Positions 26,614-38,896 are shown, numbered from the stretch's first letter. The stretch is 64,000 nucleotides of DNA from Eledone cirrhosa (GCA_964016885.1 OZ024750.1:54126001-54190000), one strand, 5' to 3'. Program-made: numbers and translations. Notes: generated from the sequence alone by a model not told the origin.

Positions 26614-29290
26614 AACAAGGAGGTGTATATAGGGACGACGCCCTATTTACCGTAAAGAACCATAGCCCCCGTAGGATAGAAAACCTTAATAAACTTATAA
26701 ACAAGTTCTTTAAAACATACAGCCTCTCTGTAACTATTGACCACAACCATAAAATAGTTAACTTCTTAGATGTTACATTAGAATTAGATACTGGCCCTAC
26801 CACAGACCTTACCACAAGCCAGGTGAGGTCCTTTTTACATCAACAAAGCTTCCAACCACCCTAAATCTACGTTTAACTCTATTATGTATAGCATCTTACA
26901 TAGAATCTCAAGACTTTCTGCCAATGAAGACCTCTTCAACAAACTGCTGAATATTACAAGGCATTGGCTGATTGAGGTTATAACAGCAAAGTCTCATATA
27001 TCCATGGCGCAGGATCTATAAAGCCTCCCATCCGTAGGACTAGTGTTATAGCGAGCCATACCTATAACCACCACCTCAGTGGCCCAACAAGTGAAAAACA
27101 TTTTAGTCGAGCTAACAATGCCACTAGCTCTGGCCTACATCATAACTACAAGGCTGGCTGGCCGGGTGAATCACCATACCCACATCATCATAGTCCGGCT
27201 AATAGAATTAACAGCAACCTACTTGAATTATTCCCTGCATACAGGCTTAATAAAGGTGACGGTATATTACCAACACCCTCTAACAGGGTAACCCAGAGCC
27301 GCCGCGCTGGGGGTGGCCTTACACATAGAAATAATGATAACAGAGCACGCATTAGCCAGTAGCCCTACCGCCTTCATAGGGACACCCACCACGGCAATAA
27401 CCTCTGCACTAACCCCAGAACGTAAATGCCGGTGTAATGTCCTATGGTTCCATCCCCCTACTCTCGGAGTATGGCCTCCAATTTACCCAGAACCTTTTTC
27501 AACGCCTTAGAGAGGAACTTCCCACCTAACCACAGATACCGAAAAATCCTCAATAAGAATAACGTCAAAATATCTTATTCTACTACACCTAATTTAGCCC
27601 ACCTCATAGCAATAAGCAGCCACAGTAAGCTCACTAGAATACAACATGCCTGTAATGTGAACATTAGGGAACATGACAACTCTGTCGACCTTAACAATTC
27701 TGTTGCCCCGCACGATAACGATATTAGTAACCAGGACAGGTATCTTAGTATTAGCAGTAGCATGCACAATAACGCCACCTTAGAAACTAACCACAGCACC
27801 AGTAGTGTGACCAACGACAGGGTTAGAAACCATAACAACGGCTGTAGAAGACGCTATAACACGAGAAATAGAAATAGCACTACTTCACATGAATATAACT
27901 ATAATAGCGCCAGCCACAATAATAGCAGCTATGGTGATGGTGACAATAATAGTAATAGGATTAACACCAGCCCTCATCACCTTAGAGGTGACAACAAAAA
28001 ACATTTCAACTGTCATAGCCCTGTCGACTGTTCACTCCGAGGCTACTGCTTGACTAGAAATGTTATATAGATGCACAGTTACAAGTTATAATAGTGTTAA
28101 GTCATACGTAGGAGCCACATCTGGGGAGTTCAAGACTAGATGTAGAGTGCATCTCCACTCTTTTAGGAATAGGAAACTTAGATACTCTACATCCCTCGCT
28201 AATTATATTACCCAATTAACTGACTCCAACATTAACTACACCACTCATTGGGAAATTGTGAACCAAGCAACACCTTATAATTTCAAAAACAGCTGCCAAC
28301 TCTGCCTAATGAAACTGTATTATATAGTGCAAGCACCCCAGAAACTCATAAATAGTCAGGCTGAAACTGTCATCAATTGCGGCCATCGACTACAACAATC
28401 TTTCTACAGATGGACCCCAACAACTGTATAACCACCATAACACCTGATGCTCTCAACCCCACACCTCACCCTGATTTACTGGCAGTAGATTTACCATTAT
28501 ACGACGTGGTATAACACCATCATCTACTCACAGTTTTCCCACCAGGAAGCTGCACAGCATATATTCAGTCGGGCCTACCCCGCTATATTCATCCTCTTGG
28601 CCAGACCGGGTTTAAGTAATCTTACGAACTTGCTGCCTAAACCCGAATAACTTCTTAGACAATTGATCATATGAACATACAACTTCGATCCAAATTGACA
28701 TTATTTTTCTAGGCCTTCCAATTCGCACCCAACGTGCCCCCTTGGATTAGGTATACCTGTGTGCAATGTTTAACCACTTTACCAATAGTCTATCATATTT
28801 ACACATAAACACGGCATCATTTATACTGAGTTGACAGACCCCGCACATGTTAATTCTTTTTTTTTTTTCCTTAGCTGGTACTGGTCATAAGTTATGCAGT
28901 AAACTTTATACGGGTATCCTTAGCAAACTATACTCCTTTCACTGTATTTATGCCCATAACATTTAAAATTACTATGCATGGCGATGTGAAATTATTATCA
29001 TACCCACTTAGGGTCAGTAATTAAAAACCTTGCTTTTAATATCTGCCTCCGATGAGCCCCCCTGGGCGAAACGCGTGTAAGAACTATATAAAGATATGTT
29101 TTAACGGCTTGTAACTCTTTCATTCACTCTTTTGCTTATTACAACTCTACTTAACCTTTACACTAAATATTAACTTTCTCTAATATTTAACCCTGATAAC
29201 ACTTACGCATCTGCATTTGGCATATAATATTCTGTATCACACCTCCTTTTATCTCTTCTTTCTATCCTCTTTTACGATACTGTGACTTAT
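26614..29290 (+). mobile_element. Penelope-like element, 5'-truncated, frameshifted
   Basis: GGVYRDDALF at ~26618-26647, VNFLDVTL, WFHPPYS...NFPPNHRYRKILNKNNVKISYS, CSLRGYCL, YVGATSGEFKTR, CQLCL; ends in (ATT)n(AT)n. Confidence 0.92.
29045..29085 (+). ncRNA. Minimal hammerhead ribozyme variant (PLE pLTR)
   Basis: CCGATGA-GCCC-ccct-GGGC-GAAA-CGCGT-GTA; core has a U4C change, palindromic ACGCGT stem III, weak stem I. Confidence 0.6.
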
Positions 29291-29291
29291 T

Positions 29292-29346
<55 letters not shown>

Positions 29347-29349
<3 letters not shown>

Positions 29350-29648
29350 TAACAAGATATCGTTTAAGGTAATCCAGCTAGAGGTTATGAGTACCCGGCG
29401 TTGTTCGACTCAACAAGAAGTTTCCTTAGTCGGGTGGCTGGTTTAAGAAAGTTCCTAGGCAGGCGGTTCTTGGAGTAATAATAGTAAAAGAATGAAGAAT
29501 AACATGGGTATCGACTGTAATTAAAGTCGAGTGACGTGACTTCTAACGATCAGCGACTTTTAGACACACCGGACTAATGAAACAATTGTTAATATTTTAA
29601 ATAAACCCTATTGTACAGCCAACCATGTTATTCTTCATTGTTTTCCTA
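29347..29648. mobile_element. Short non-coding element with inverted repeat, inserted in TA repeat
   Basis: AATGAAGAATAACATGG (29491-29507) and its reverse complement (29623-29639); internal CTAACGA...GAAACAATTGTT resembles a decayed hammerhead. Confidence 0.5.
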
Positions 29649-29649
29649 T

Positions 29650-30150
29650 ATATATATTCACATTTTTGTGTACGCATGTATATGTGTGTGTATGTGTGTG
29701 TATATTTGGAAGTTTAGTAAAATCTGTATATAAGTACACATATGTGTGTGTATGTATAACATTTTTTTATTTTTTATCTGTGTGTGTGTATGTGCGTATA
29801 TATGTGTGTCTATATATATTATATATAATTATATGTGAGTGTATTTTCTATCTCTAAATACTTCCTTCTCCGTATTCCTATACACGCATAAAGTTGCACG
29901 GAACATTTTTACTTGCATTTTATAAATGCGTTTATATGCATGTACGGTTTATTTTTTTATGTATGTGTATATATATTGTGTGTATACATGTGCATGTGTA
30001 TATCTGTATATGTGTGTGTATGTGTATATATGTATGTATGAACATATGTGTATATATAAATATATGTGTGTATGTGTGTGTGTATGCATATGTATATATT
30101 TATATATACTTATGTGTGTTTGTTTGTATGTATGTATGCCTATGTACGTG

Positions 30151-30201
<51 letters not shown>

Positions 30202-30202
30202 A

Positions 30203-30239
<37 letters not shown>

Positions 30240-30250
30240 GTATATATAAT
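29650..30250. repeat. Degenerate (TA)/(TG) microsatellite region
   Basis: Alternating TA/TG dinucleotides, with pure (TA)n at ~30158-30198. Confidence 0.85.
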
Positions 30251-30394
30251 TAAAATACTAGTGTGTGTTGGAGTTAAACACCCTCTTCATATTATAGAAA
30301 TGACAGTAAAGATATAGCTCAATGTAATTTAACAGAGCCGAAGAATTATGCAAATAAACCAAAGAAGCATTCAATACATCAAAAGTCTTTATTA

Positions 30395-30432
30395 GCCAAC
30401 AATGTTTCGTCCTATTAAGGACTCATCAGGGC
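30395..30432 (-). ncRNA. Type I minimal hammerhead ribozyme
   Basis: GCC-CTGATGA-GTCCT taat AGGAC-GAAA-CATT-GTT-GGC: intact core, 5-bp stem II, GCC/GGC stem I, GUU triplet. Confidence 0.8.
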
Positions 30433-32096
30433 AAGTAAAGCTATAAGAAGCACTATCGGCCAATACAAGCCAAAAACTCAGAAGAATATGGAGTATACAT
30501 ACATTAAAGCATAGGAAAATTATCAAGTAAAAATTGCTAAGGAAGTGAATAACATTTTGAACCATATTACAAATATAGTACAATGCAAAAACTAAAACTA
30601 AACACAAGTGGTGATATAAAGCGAGAATTACAGTACGATATATAATATAATATAATATAATATAATTGATAATGATAATAATAACAATATTAAAAGGCCC
30701 AATATACATATATATATATATACATATGTACACACATATATATATATATATCAATACACATATCCATCAATACAAACACAAACTGACACTTATTAAGAGT
30801 TTAAATATAAATATAATACATATATTATTTACAGTATAAAATGATAAAGAAATGAATAAAAATAAACATATAATATATAATATACTATATAATTATATAA
30901 TTTATAATTTATAATCTCCGGTCAATTTGCACAAACAATATAAATATTACAATAACACTATAATAACAATATTATAATATATTGGCATATAACTTAACAA
31001 ATCATATAAAGTTACACACAGGGTGAGAAAAAAATATCATACAGAACTAAATTGTGTTGAAAAAATTGTGCTGGAAAAATATCTATACCGTTGTAAGAAA
31101 ACAGACAGAGGTCGAGTTTTTATACAATTGGTATAAATAAATATTATCTAAACATTATAAAAATTATAAAAATATAAACATATTACAGAATTTACAAAAT
31201 TTAACATAAGGGTACATCGAATAATCGGTAAATATTTAAGATCTATAGTACGTTTACATAAAGTGATATGATATAACAACTTCAATATCAAATAACAAAC
31301 ATAGTATAGTATACATAATTACATGGTTGGTAGACAGACATATGTGATTAAGTGAACAAGAACCAGACAGAAACTACGCACGGTAGTGAAAAAATATAAA
31401 TAAAATCAACCGGAAATCGAAAAACAAAAACAAATATATTTACTTAGGTGTCACAAGCAGTTAAGTAAAAAAATTAGGAATCAAACCCGGATAAATGACT
31501 AGAAAACCTTATTAAATTAATTAATATTGAAAGTATTTAAAATACATAATAAGTCAATACAAAATTAGCTATGGTTTAAGAAATCAAAATCTCTAAAGTT
31601 TAAGATATCTCAATAAAAATATCCAGAATAGAATGAAATATTCTACTTTCAGTTGAATAACGTTATCTAATAAACGGACCTTAAATAGAACTATGGTAGG
31701 CCAATGGGGACAGAAAAAAGAAAGGTATGGAGGATACGAAGGAGCATAAAATCATAATCAATATACTGTATAATACAATAGAAAGGAGCATAAAAGGGAA
31801 TTGAATATAATTATAGTATAATTGAAGGGGCGAATGACAAGTGTGTGTGTGGGGAGGGGGGGGGGGGGTTAATTATCTAAATGAGAATCCAAATAAAATA
31901 AAATAAAATATATAATCAGATATAAACTCATCAGGTGTTAATAGTGAAAATATAATATTTAAGAAGATAGATATGGTATGGTAGCCAAAAGACTATGAAA
32001 GCTAGATCGAAAAGCTGTTAAAAACCAATAATAATAATGATAATGATGGTGGTAAACAAAATGAACCTAAACAAAAAAGATAAGGGAATATAGCAG

Positions 32097-32552
32097 CTAA
32101 TGGATACAATTTACACAACCAGAACTTTTAGGTTTATAATAAAAGTAAGAATTAGAAATGGCGTGGGGGCAGGAAGAAAATATTTCAGACTTTCTATTAA
32201 GTAAGAGTTCCCTAGAGAAAATTATAAAGTGGGTCTCAAGGATACAGAGATTACAGAATTTAGTGTGTGTTGATAGGTTATTAGAGCGTGCTACTATTCG
32301 CCAATTAAGGCTATATGGTATATTAGCCCCCTTAAGATCCCAGATATGGTGTGCTAAAGAAATAGAATTCTTAAACTTAACATGTTTAAAATTAGAGATA
32401 TGAGAATTAAACCTAGTCTTAAAAGTGTTAGATGTTGAGCCTATATATGTGCTATTAGAGGAATTGGTTTTAACTACACAAGCATAAACAATGTTCCTAG
32501 AGAGGCAGTTACCGTTTAAAGGGCAGTTAACACTCACTCTACAGTTACACTT
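32097..32552 (-). pseudogene. PLE GIY-YIG endonuclease domain
   Basis: CNCRVSVNCPLNGNCLSRNIVYACVV...YIGSTSNTFKTRFNSH...CNLCILE...LLNRKSE...CPH. Confidence 0.9.
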
Positions 32553-32928
32553 CCGGGTGCTATTGATCGGCTGAAGTAGTGATGCATCACTCGTAGGGTT
32601 ACTATGAGATTAGGTCTGCTCAGGTGGTAAGGCATTTATGGATCTATCCAGACTAGTAGTACGCAGAGAGGAGTAGCCGTCCCTAATTTTCCTATTGTTA
32701 GTGCTAGCTAAATGAGAACTAATATTAGGGGTGGTAGAGAATGATAGTTTAATTACATTTTTATTAAAAATACCATGGTATTTATTAGTAGGAGGGAAAT
32801 TTTTCTCTAAGATAGAAAAGAAAGACCTTAGTGATGTTAGTTAATACTTCCTGATCATATGGCGGGTTAAAATAAGTATTTAGTCTCCTTCTATTTCTAT
32901 CCTTACCAACTCTACTGTTATCTAATAT

Positions 32929-34302
32929 CTAATTATTAAGATCTGGGTTACTACGAGGACTAGTTAAAACCACATTATTAGAATCAGCCGAAGCCCCATT
33001 GAGTCTCCTTCTGTTTCTACCTTTAGTATATCTACTGCTATCTGGAATCATATCAATAGGATTAGGGCTAATAATAGGATCAGTAGAAACAACACTATTA
33101 GAATTAGAATTAGCAAAAGCATTACCACTGAGTAAGCGCTCAGAGCGCCCAACTTGATCCCTAGAACTATTAGATTCCCTATTACGAATCCGGTGGCTTA
33201 ACGTATGGATGGGTTCGGATACACCTATGTGATTTCTACGATTCTTATGCTTTCTACCCCCATTCATGGCCATATTATGGGATATTATGTTATTATTATT
33301 ATATGTAAGCGGAGACTTTCTAAGGTTACTATTATTATAATGTATTTTACCAGAGTAACCGGAGTTAGCTAGGGCATTATTATAGTACTCTGGATGTGCA
33401 TTAAATATTCCTATGTCCTTAGAGAGTGTGGAAATTCTATTAGATACACCATTAATTATAGAGCTTATCATAGATTTGGGGTGGTTAGAATTGGGACTAA
33501 CATAAGAGAGTATTTCATTAGGCTTATGGAAGGGTTTAAAACTATTAGTGACCAAGTCCAAAGTCACATCTAAAAAGTTGACCGCTCTATCATTTCTATC
33601 TATCGTGATCGAAAGGTTAAAGCTTTTAAAAAACTTATAAAGTTTCTTCCTATTATGCTCGATGTTATTGGTGCTGGAGTTAATCACAAACAATGCATCG
33701 TCACGATAAAGTCCGCCTTTAAGGTGCGGAAAGGTAACATACAGTTCATTTAGGAGGAACAGCCCAACAAGATCAGTTACCTGGGCCGAATCACTCGAAC
33801 CCATTGTAACGTCGAAATTATTGGGCGTGTTTTTACGGGTCCAAAATGTATCCTCGAAATTGATGATAGTTCTACGGGCTGCTAGTATAATATCAATCTG
33901 TGATCGTGTAAGGCTAGACACTCTCATGGCCATAATTAAGGCTTTGTTAAGGAGGATAGGTGAAATCGATGTGTAATAGGCATCAATATCAAACTGGATA
34001 AACCTACTAGATTCAAGTTTATTAATACCAGAGAACCAATCTATAACCTCCTTAGTGTTCACCCATAGATTAAAATTAACCTTCTCCCTAACGGCTGGTA
34101 TAATAAGGTCAAGGATTTTCTTACTAATTATAGCTATATCAGACTTAGAAGGACAGATGAGTCTTACAGAGGGATTACTAATGAAGTCTACCTTATGATC
34201 CTTAAGAGTGAATCTCGGTTCCCTAGGGTAATATGGCTGGGTATACTTATCAAGGCCAAGGTCCGAGACTATCTTAAGACCCTCATTATTGATATGATCC
34301 AA
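32929..34302 (-). pseudogene. PLE reverse transcriptase (5'-truncated)
   Basis: TLKDHK, VRLICP, FIQFDIDAYY, FDVTMGS, GGLYRDD, VNFLDVTLDL, SNHP; a stop and frameshift separate it from the endonuclease. Confidence 0.92.
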
Positions 34303-34324
34303 ATTATCTTGCGTAGTCTTTTTA

Positions 34325-34369
<45 letters not shown>

Positions 34370-34428
34370 ATGATATTAATAATATTAATAATATTAATAA
34401 ATGGAAACTATATTTATAAAACCATATT

Positions 34429-34493
34429 TATTTTATTATATATATTTCAAGGGTACCCCAAAAAATGTTGGTACGCTCTCATCAGATAAAATA
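34429..34493 (-). ncRNA. Type I hammerhead ribozyme in a short AT-rich element
   Basis: TATTTTAT-CTGATGA-GAGCGTACC...GGTACCCTT-GAAA-TATATA-TA^ATAAAATA: 8-bp stem I, long stem II, AUA triplet. Confidence 0.75.
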
Positions 34494-34689
34494 CAAAATT
34501 TGTTTTAGAAATAGTGACATACCCGATAAACCATACCTTATCAGTTCAGGTTCTATTTGGATAGTGAAAAAAAGAGAAAACTTTCAAATCATTTAGGATG
34601 GACATGCAAATGAAGTAGAAGCGTAGACTGAAAAAATCGTTATATTTAGGCGCAAGGTAAATTTAAATAATTATTAGGATACTTTATAA

Positions 34690-34906
34690 AAGAAGATGAA
34701 GAAGGAAGAAAGATAGGCTAATATCTTAAAATCTAATTATATACATTATATATATAATATTATAACTCATGATTTAGTTATATATTTAAACATTTTTGGA
34801 TTAGTATTCTACCACTTCAACACATTTTTAATTTTTAATTTTTAAATCTACTTGCACTCTAATAATAATATTAGCATATCTTTCTTCCTTCTTCTTCATC
34901 TTCTTC
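34690..34906. repeat. ~35-bp imperfect inverted repeat
   Basis: AAGAAGATGAAGAAGGAAGAAAGATAGGCTAATAT (34690-34724) vs ATATTAGCATATCTTTCTTCCTTCTTCTTCATCTTCTT (~34868-34905). Confidence 0.7.
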
Positions 34907-34935
34907 TTTGCTCTGTATAATCGCTCTGTATAATC

Positions 34936-34996
<61 letters not shown>
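34936..34996. repeat. (GA)n microsatellite
   Basis: Direct reading. Confidence 0.95.
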
Positions 34997-34997
<1 letters not shown>

Positions 34998-35127
34998 GTC
35001 CACAAAAGTATCAGTTGAAGGTTTAACAATATTGCGTTAACTTTTATGAAGTAGTTTTACAGTCTTCAATTTTACAGAACAAAGAAAAATTGATACTATT
35101 TGAAATTAATCTACCCTCTAGCTTTTA

Positions 35128-35469
35128 TCTATATACTACTTACAGTCCGTACTAACGAAGCAACACTTCAGAAGCAATGTTATGTGGTATATTGCTGTGT
35201 TTCAGATGACATCCTTTGGAGCTGATAAAGATCATACTGGTCATTTCACATTTAAAATCCAAGGCCAATGTTACCAGGTAATTCGCAGTTTACTCCCCCA
35301 GCCTAATAAATAAGTTTTATGATTGTTTTGTTTTTTATGTCTCTCTCACATACACTCACACACATTACTGTCTCACCTCATACCAGACAACATATCCAAT
35401 GCAGTCGTTTTCTCTTTTATCCGTCTTCTTTTAACTGTTCTCCCAGGCGAAGCCGGCAACCTCAGCTAG
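35128..35469 (+). mobile_element. Mini-Helitron with a RepHel N-terminal remnant
   Basis: A|TCTATATAC ... CCAGGCGAAGCCGG..CTAG|T; 35164-35313 translates HFRSNVMWYIAVFQMTSFGA...TFKIQGQCYQVIRSLLP (Helitron FQMTSFG/FKxQGQ motif). Confidence 0.7.
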
Positions 35470-35614
35470 TTACAAATATAATATCGTTAATAAACACAAA
35501 TATAAGCGCTTAAAAAAGAGTAAAAAAGAAGGAAAAAGGGTGGAACAAAAACGAAAACGACCATCAATTCACCAGCAATGGGTCGCACATCACATCATAA
35601 GGGTTAACTAAACA

Positions 35615-36055
35615 CTTTGAGGTAAGCCAACACGCTCGCAGCATTGCCACAGGTGATGGCGAGGCTATGGCGCTGAAACAATCAGGCACCCTCACGAACA
35701 TCACCAGATACCTCAGTGAAGTGAGCTGCCAGTGATGACAAGAACTTCGCTGTCAACGGCCCAACTCCATCGAACATCTCGAATGTCACAGGCTGGAAAA
35801 AATAATTACTGGATAAATCCAGGTATTTATGAGTTTTATTCCGTTCGGCAACGGAAGCAGTTCCCCCCACATTTACTGTGGCGTCCGTGATATGGGAGGA
35901 AGCAAAGGAGTCACTGACTGTGGCGTCCCAGATGAGACACCTTCCTCTAGGAATAAAGGCCGTCTGGTCTCTACCCATCACTTCTGGATTATTCAACCGG
36001 CTCCAGAACTAAGGGGATATTTACTCGAGCCAGGGTCCGTTTTCAATCAGAAATT
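35615..36055 (-). pseudogene. CRE-clade non-LTR retrotransposon 3' fragment (RLE domain)
   Basis: LARVNIPLVLEP..SRSDG.RPDG...RGRCLIWDATVSDSFA...KYLDL...FQPVTFE; stops present. Confidence 0.8.
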
Positions 36056-36062
36056 TCATTTT

Positions 36063-36412
36063 CACATTAACGGAGTAACGTTACTCGATAGAGTGTGTAG
36101 TTCGGAGATCAAAGAGTCACTCCAGGTAGAGCCGCTACTTCTCCAAACTGAGAGATCACAGCTCCGATACTATGAGCATGTGGTTAGAATGTCTCAGGAA
36201 AGAATTGCTGGACAGATTTTACGGGCAAAACCAACAGGTAGGAGACCCAAAGGTAGACCCCGAGCAAGATGGTTGGATAACATCCATGAGTTGGTCTCGT
36301 TTTGGGATCCAGCCGGATCAGTTGCTTCTAACAGGACCCGCCGGAGGGAGTATTTGAGGACTTTGCCCCTACGACCCTCTCAAAAATAAGTGGGCGAAAA
36401 AGAAATCTTTAA
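36063..36412 (+). mobile_element. RTE-type LINE 3' fragment
   Basis: GVTLLDRVCSSEIK...QLRYYEHVVRM...GRRPKGRPRARWLD. Confidence 0.8.
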
Positions 36413-36500
36413 TGGATTCCTAAAATAGAATTATGCCTCATTTCAGAAATTTCCCTTTCACTTTAATGGAACCTGGAAATAGGACTTTACCTCATTATAT

Positions 36501-36690
36501 AATTTTCTACTTTAGGCACAAGGCCAGCAAATTACCCAGTACATTACTGGTACTTTATTTTATCGACCCCGTAAGGATGAAAGGCAAAGTTAACCTCGGC
36601 GGGATTTGAACTCAGACTGTAAGGGACGTAACTATGCTAGAAAGCATGGCGTCCAACCCTCTACCGATACTGCAAATTCACCGTATGATC
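36501..36690 (-). mobile_element. SINE with Meta-like core
   Basis: 36504-36622 is the reverse complement of 20396-20513 except for one T indel. Confidence 0.8.
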
Positions 36691-37163
36691 GTCTTTTTGT
36701 CCCCGTCGTTGTTTAGAGAGTGAGTCATTTAAATTGTTACCTTCATCTATAACAAAACATCTTTGTCTCAAGGCACTATCGTCGTTGATAATGCCTTGGG
36801 AGAGGCATGATTGTCACACAATCACATTCTTGTCCTCAATGAAATTAGCATTAAGACTTTTGTGAAAAAGAAACCCTTTTTTTTTAATTCATAGTTGCAC
36901 AAACATTACAAATCGTTTGCAATTCCTTCAGAATGAAAATATAAACAGAACATATAAATAAATTTACAGTAGAATAACAACAAATATCTTTTAAATATAT
37001 ACATAAATAACATTACAAATGCCTCGGTAACACTACAAAGGATGATATAATGAAAGATAAATTCCTTCAATGTTACAATATTAAAGAAAATGTAAAGGAA
37101 GGGGTGAACAACGGAGCCAACACCAGAGCAAAAGACAGCAACGAGGGGTACTGGGCAACCTCT

Positions 37164-37786
37164 CTAATGAGTTTTGAGGCAAGCCAGCACACTCGTAGCG
37201 TTGCCTCGGGTGATGGCGAGGCTGATGCGCTGAAATAGCCAAGCACCCTCGCGAGATTCGCCAGTCACTTCTATTAGGCGAGCCGCCAGTGAGGAAAGGA
37301 ACCTCGCAGTCAGCGGCCCGACTCCCGCAAACGTCTCAAAAGCCACAGGCTGAAAAATGTAGCTGGCCGACAGATCAGAGTATTTGAGGGTCTTACTCTG
37401 CTCGGCTGCAGAAGCTGTGGCTCTCGTCCTAACCGCAGCATCCAGGATGTGGGAAAGAGCAAAAGAGTCACTAACAGTGACGTCCCAGACAAAGCACCTA
37501 CCTCTCGAACAGGGGCACAGGGTAAGACCGTCAGGTCTTTTGCCGTCACTTCTGGACAACCCAGATGCTTCCAAGACTGAGGGGATATTCGCCCGGGCCA
37601 AAGCTCTCTTCAGAATGAGGTTTAGCTCCGTGTGACGCGCGAAGCGGCCGGCATTCAGGCGGCAAGAAAGACCGTGGAGGCCTGTAGATTCGAGGAGTTT
37701 GCCGCATCAGCACCTCAAACCCATGCAGACGTCAGCTCCCACTCTGAGGGCGATGGAGACACGAAGTTCGTCCAGGCTGAGTAGGC
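37164..37786 (-). pseudogene. CRE-clade LINE 3' part (zinc knuckle + RLE), right of Gypsy insertion in reading direction
   Basis: LRVSIALRVG...HGLSC...GRFARH...LEASGLSRSDGKRPDGLT...WDVTVSD...KY...PVAFETF...LFQRISLAITRGN. Confidence 0.88.
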
Positions 37787-38016
37787 TGTGGGTATGATGT
37801 GGGAGTGCTCAACCGGAAAGGTGCTTGGCCGGAAGGATGCTCGACCGGAAGGGCCAGCAGATGGCCCTCTCTAGTGGTGACCAGCAACGGTGTGGACGCG
37901 AGTTTTGGCAGCTCCCGGTGTTAAGCAGCTGGACGCACGTGGAAGAGGAGAAACCAGCAGTGGAATTTAGCGGCGCCTATGAAAAGCGGTAAGTGAGATA
38001 GCTTTTTCTAACCACA
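37787..38016 (+). repeat. 5' LTR (230 bp)
   Basis: TGTGGGTATG...CTAACCACA; homologous to 41717-41929. Confidence 0.92.
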
Positions 38017-38136
38017 AGCTATTTCGGCACTGGAACTGAGATCTGATTGAAAAAAAAAAAAAAAAAAAAAGCTACTGGAAAAACAGAGAGGAGTCTGTTG
38101 TTTTTTTTATCACGTACCGCAAGACAAATTAGAAGA

Positions 38137-38896
38137 TGACGACAAGACTACGAACAAGCGAAGCTATCAGGGCATTTACCGGGGAAGGTGGTGTCGCTTG
38201 GCTGCGAAAAGTCCGGCTGGTCGCAAGCGAAGCTTGCAGAAGATAGATGTGGCTGACCTCATGGCACTGTACCGCGAGGGGGACGCGTTGGTACTCTTCC
38301 TTGAGTTGGACGAACACAGCCAAAGAGATGCGCAAAAGATTGAGAGGCGCATGAGAGAATCATTCGCAGAGGGACCGTTAGCCGCTTTCGCTAAGCTGGC
38401 AAGAATTAGATGGAACGGTGAGCGCGTCGACATTTTCGCAGCGGAAATACGGCGATTGGCCATGTTGGCTGGATATCAGGTGGAATGCGAACGCACGGTG
38501 CGGTTGGCGTTCATAAATGGATTTCCAGACGACATAGCTGTGAAACTGCAGCAAGTCCCGGGTTACAAAGAAATGGAAATGCGTTCACTGGTGGAACAAG
38601 CCCGGATCATAGCAGAAGATGCCAAAAAGAGTGTTGCGGCGATAGCAACTACAGAAGCTCAAGACAGCTGGCAGGGAAATGGTGAAAGGGAGGCAACCAC
38701 GGCACGCGGTCGCCCGCGAACGTTTAGAGGTCGCTGTTTTCGGTGCCAGGGCCCGCACATGGGTAGAGACTGCAGAGAATCAAGGCCGGAAATAATATGC
38801 TACCGGTGTAAGCGACCAGGCCACATCGCTACTAACTGCGACCAGGGAAACGATTCAAGGGGAACTACTGCGCCGGTAGTTGCCTCTTACGAGTAG
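38137..38896 (+). pseudogene. Gypsy gag with two zinc knuckles
   Basis: CFRCQGPHMGRDC and CYRCKRPGHIATNC; frameshift near the 5' end. Confidence 0.85.
38845..38851 (+). promoter_or_regulatory. Putative -1 ribosomal frameshift slippery site G_GGA_AAC
   Basis: X XXY YYZ heptamer in the gag frame; the protease ORF is in the -1 frame relative to gag. Confidence 0.65.

Larger units (their letters stand above)
30250..34325 (-). mobile_element. Penelope-like element (RT + Cys-rich linker + GIY-YIG + long 3' region with hammerhead), flanked by (TA)n
   Basis: RT ORF 32929-34302, GIY-YIG ORF 32097-32537, hammerhead 30395-30432; (TA)n on both sides. Confidence 0.92.

Noticed and set aside
31920-31940. 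Additional hammerhead (CTGATGA on minus strand)
   Set aside because: No following stem II plus GAAA.
35206-35277. Host exon with AG/GT boundaries
   Set aside because: The peptide continues past both boundaries as a Helitron RepHel motif inside Helitron termini.
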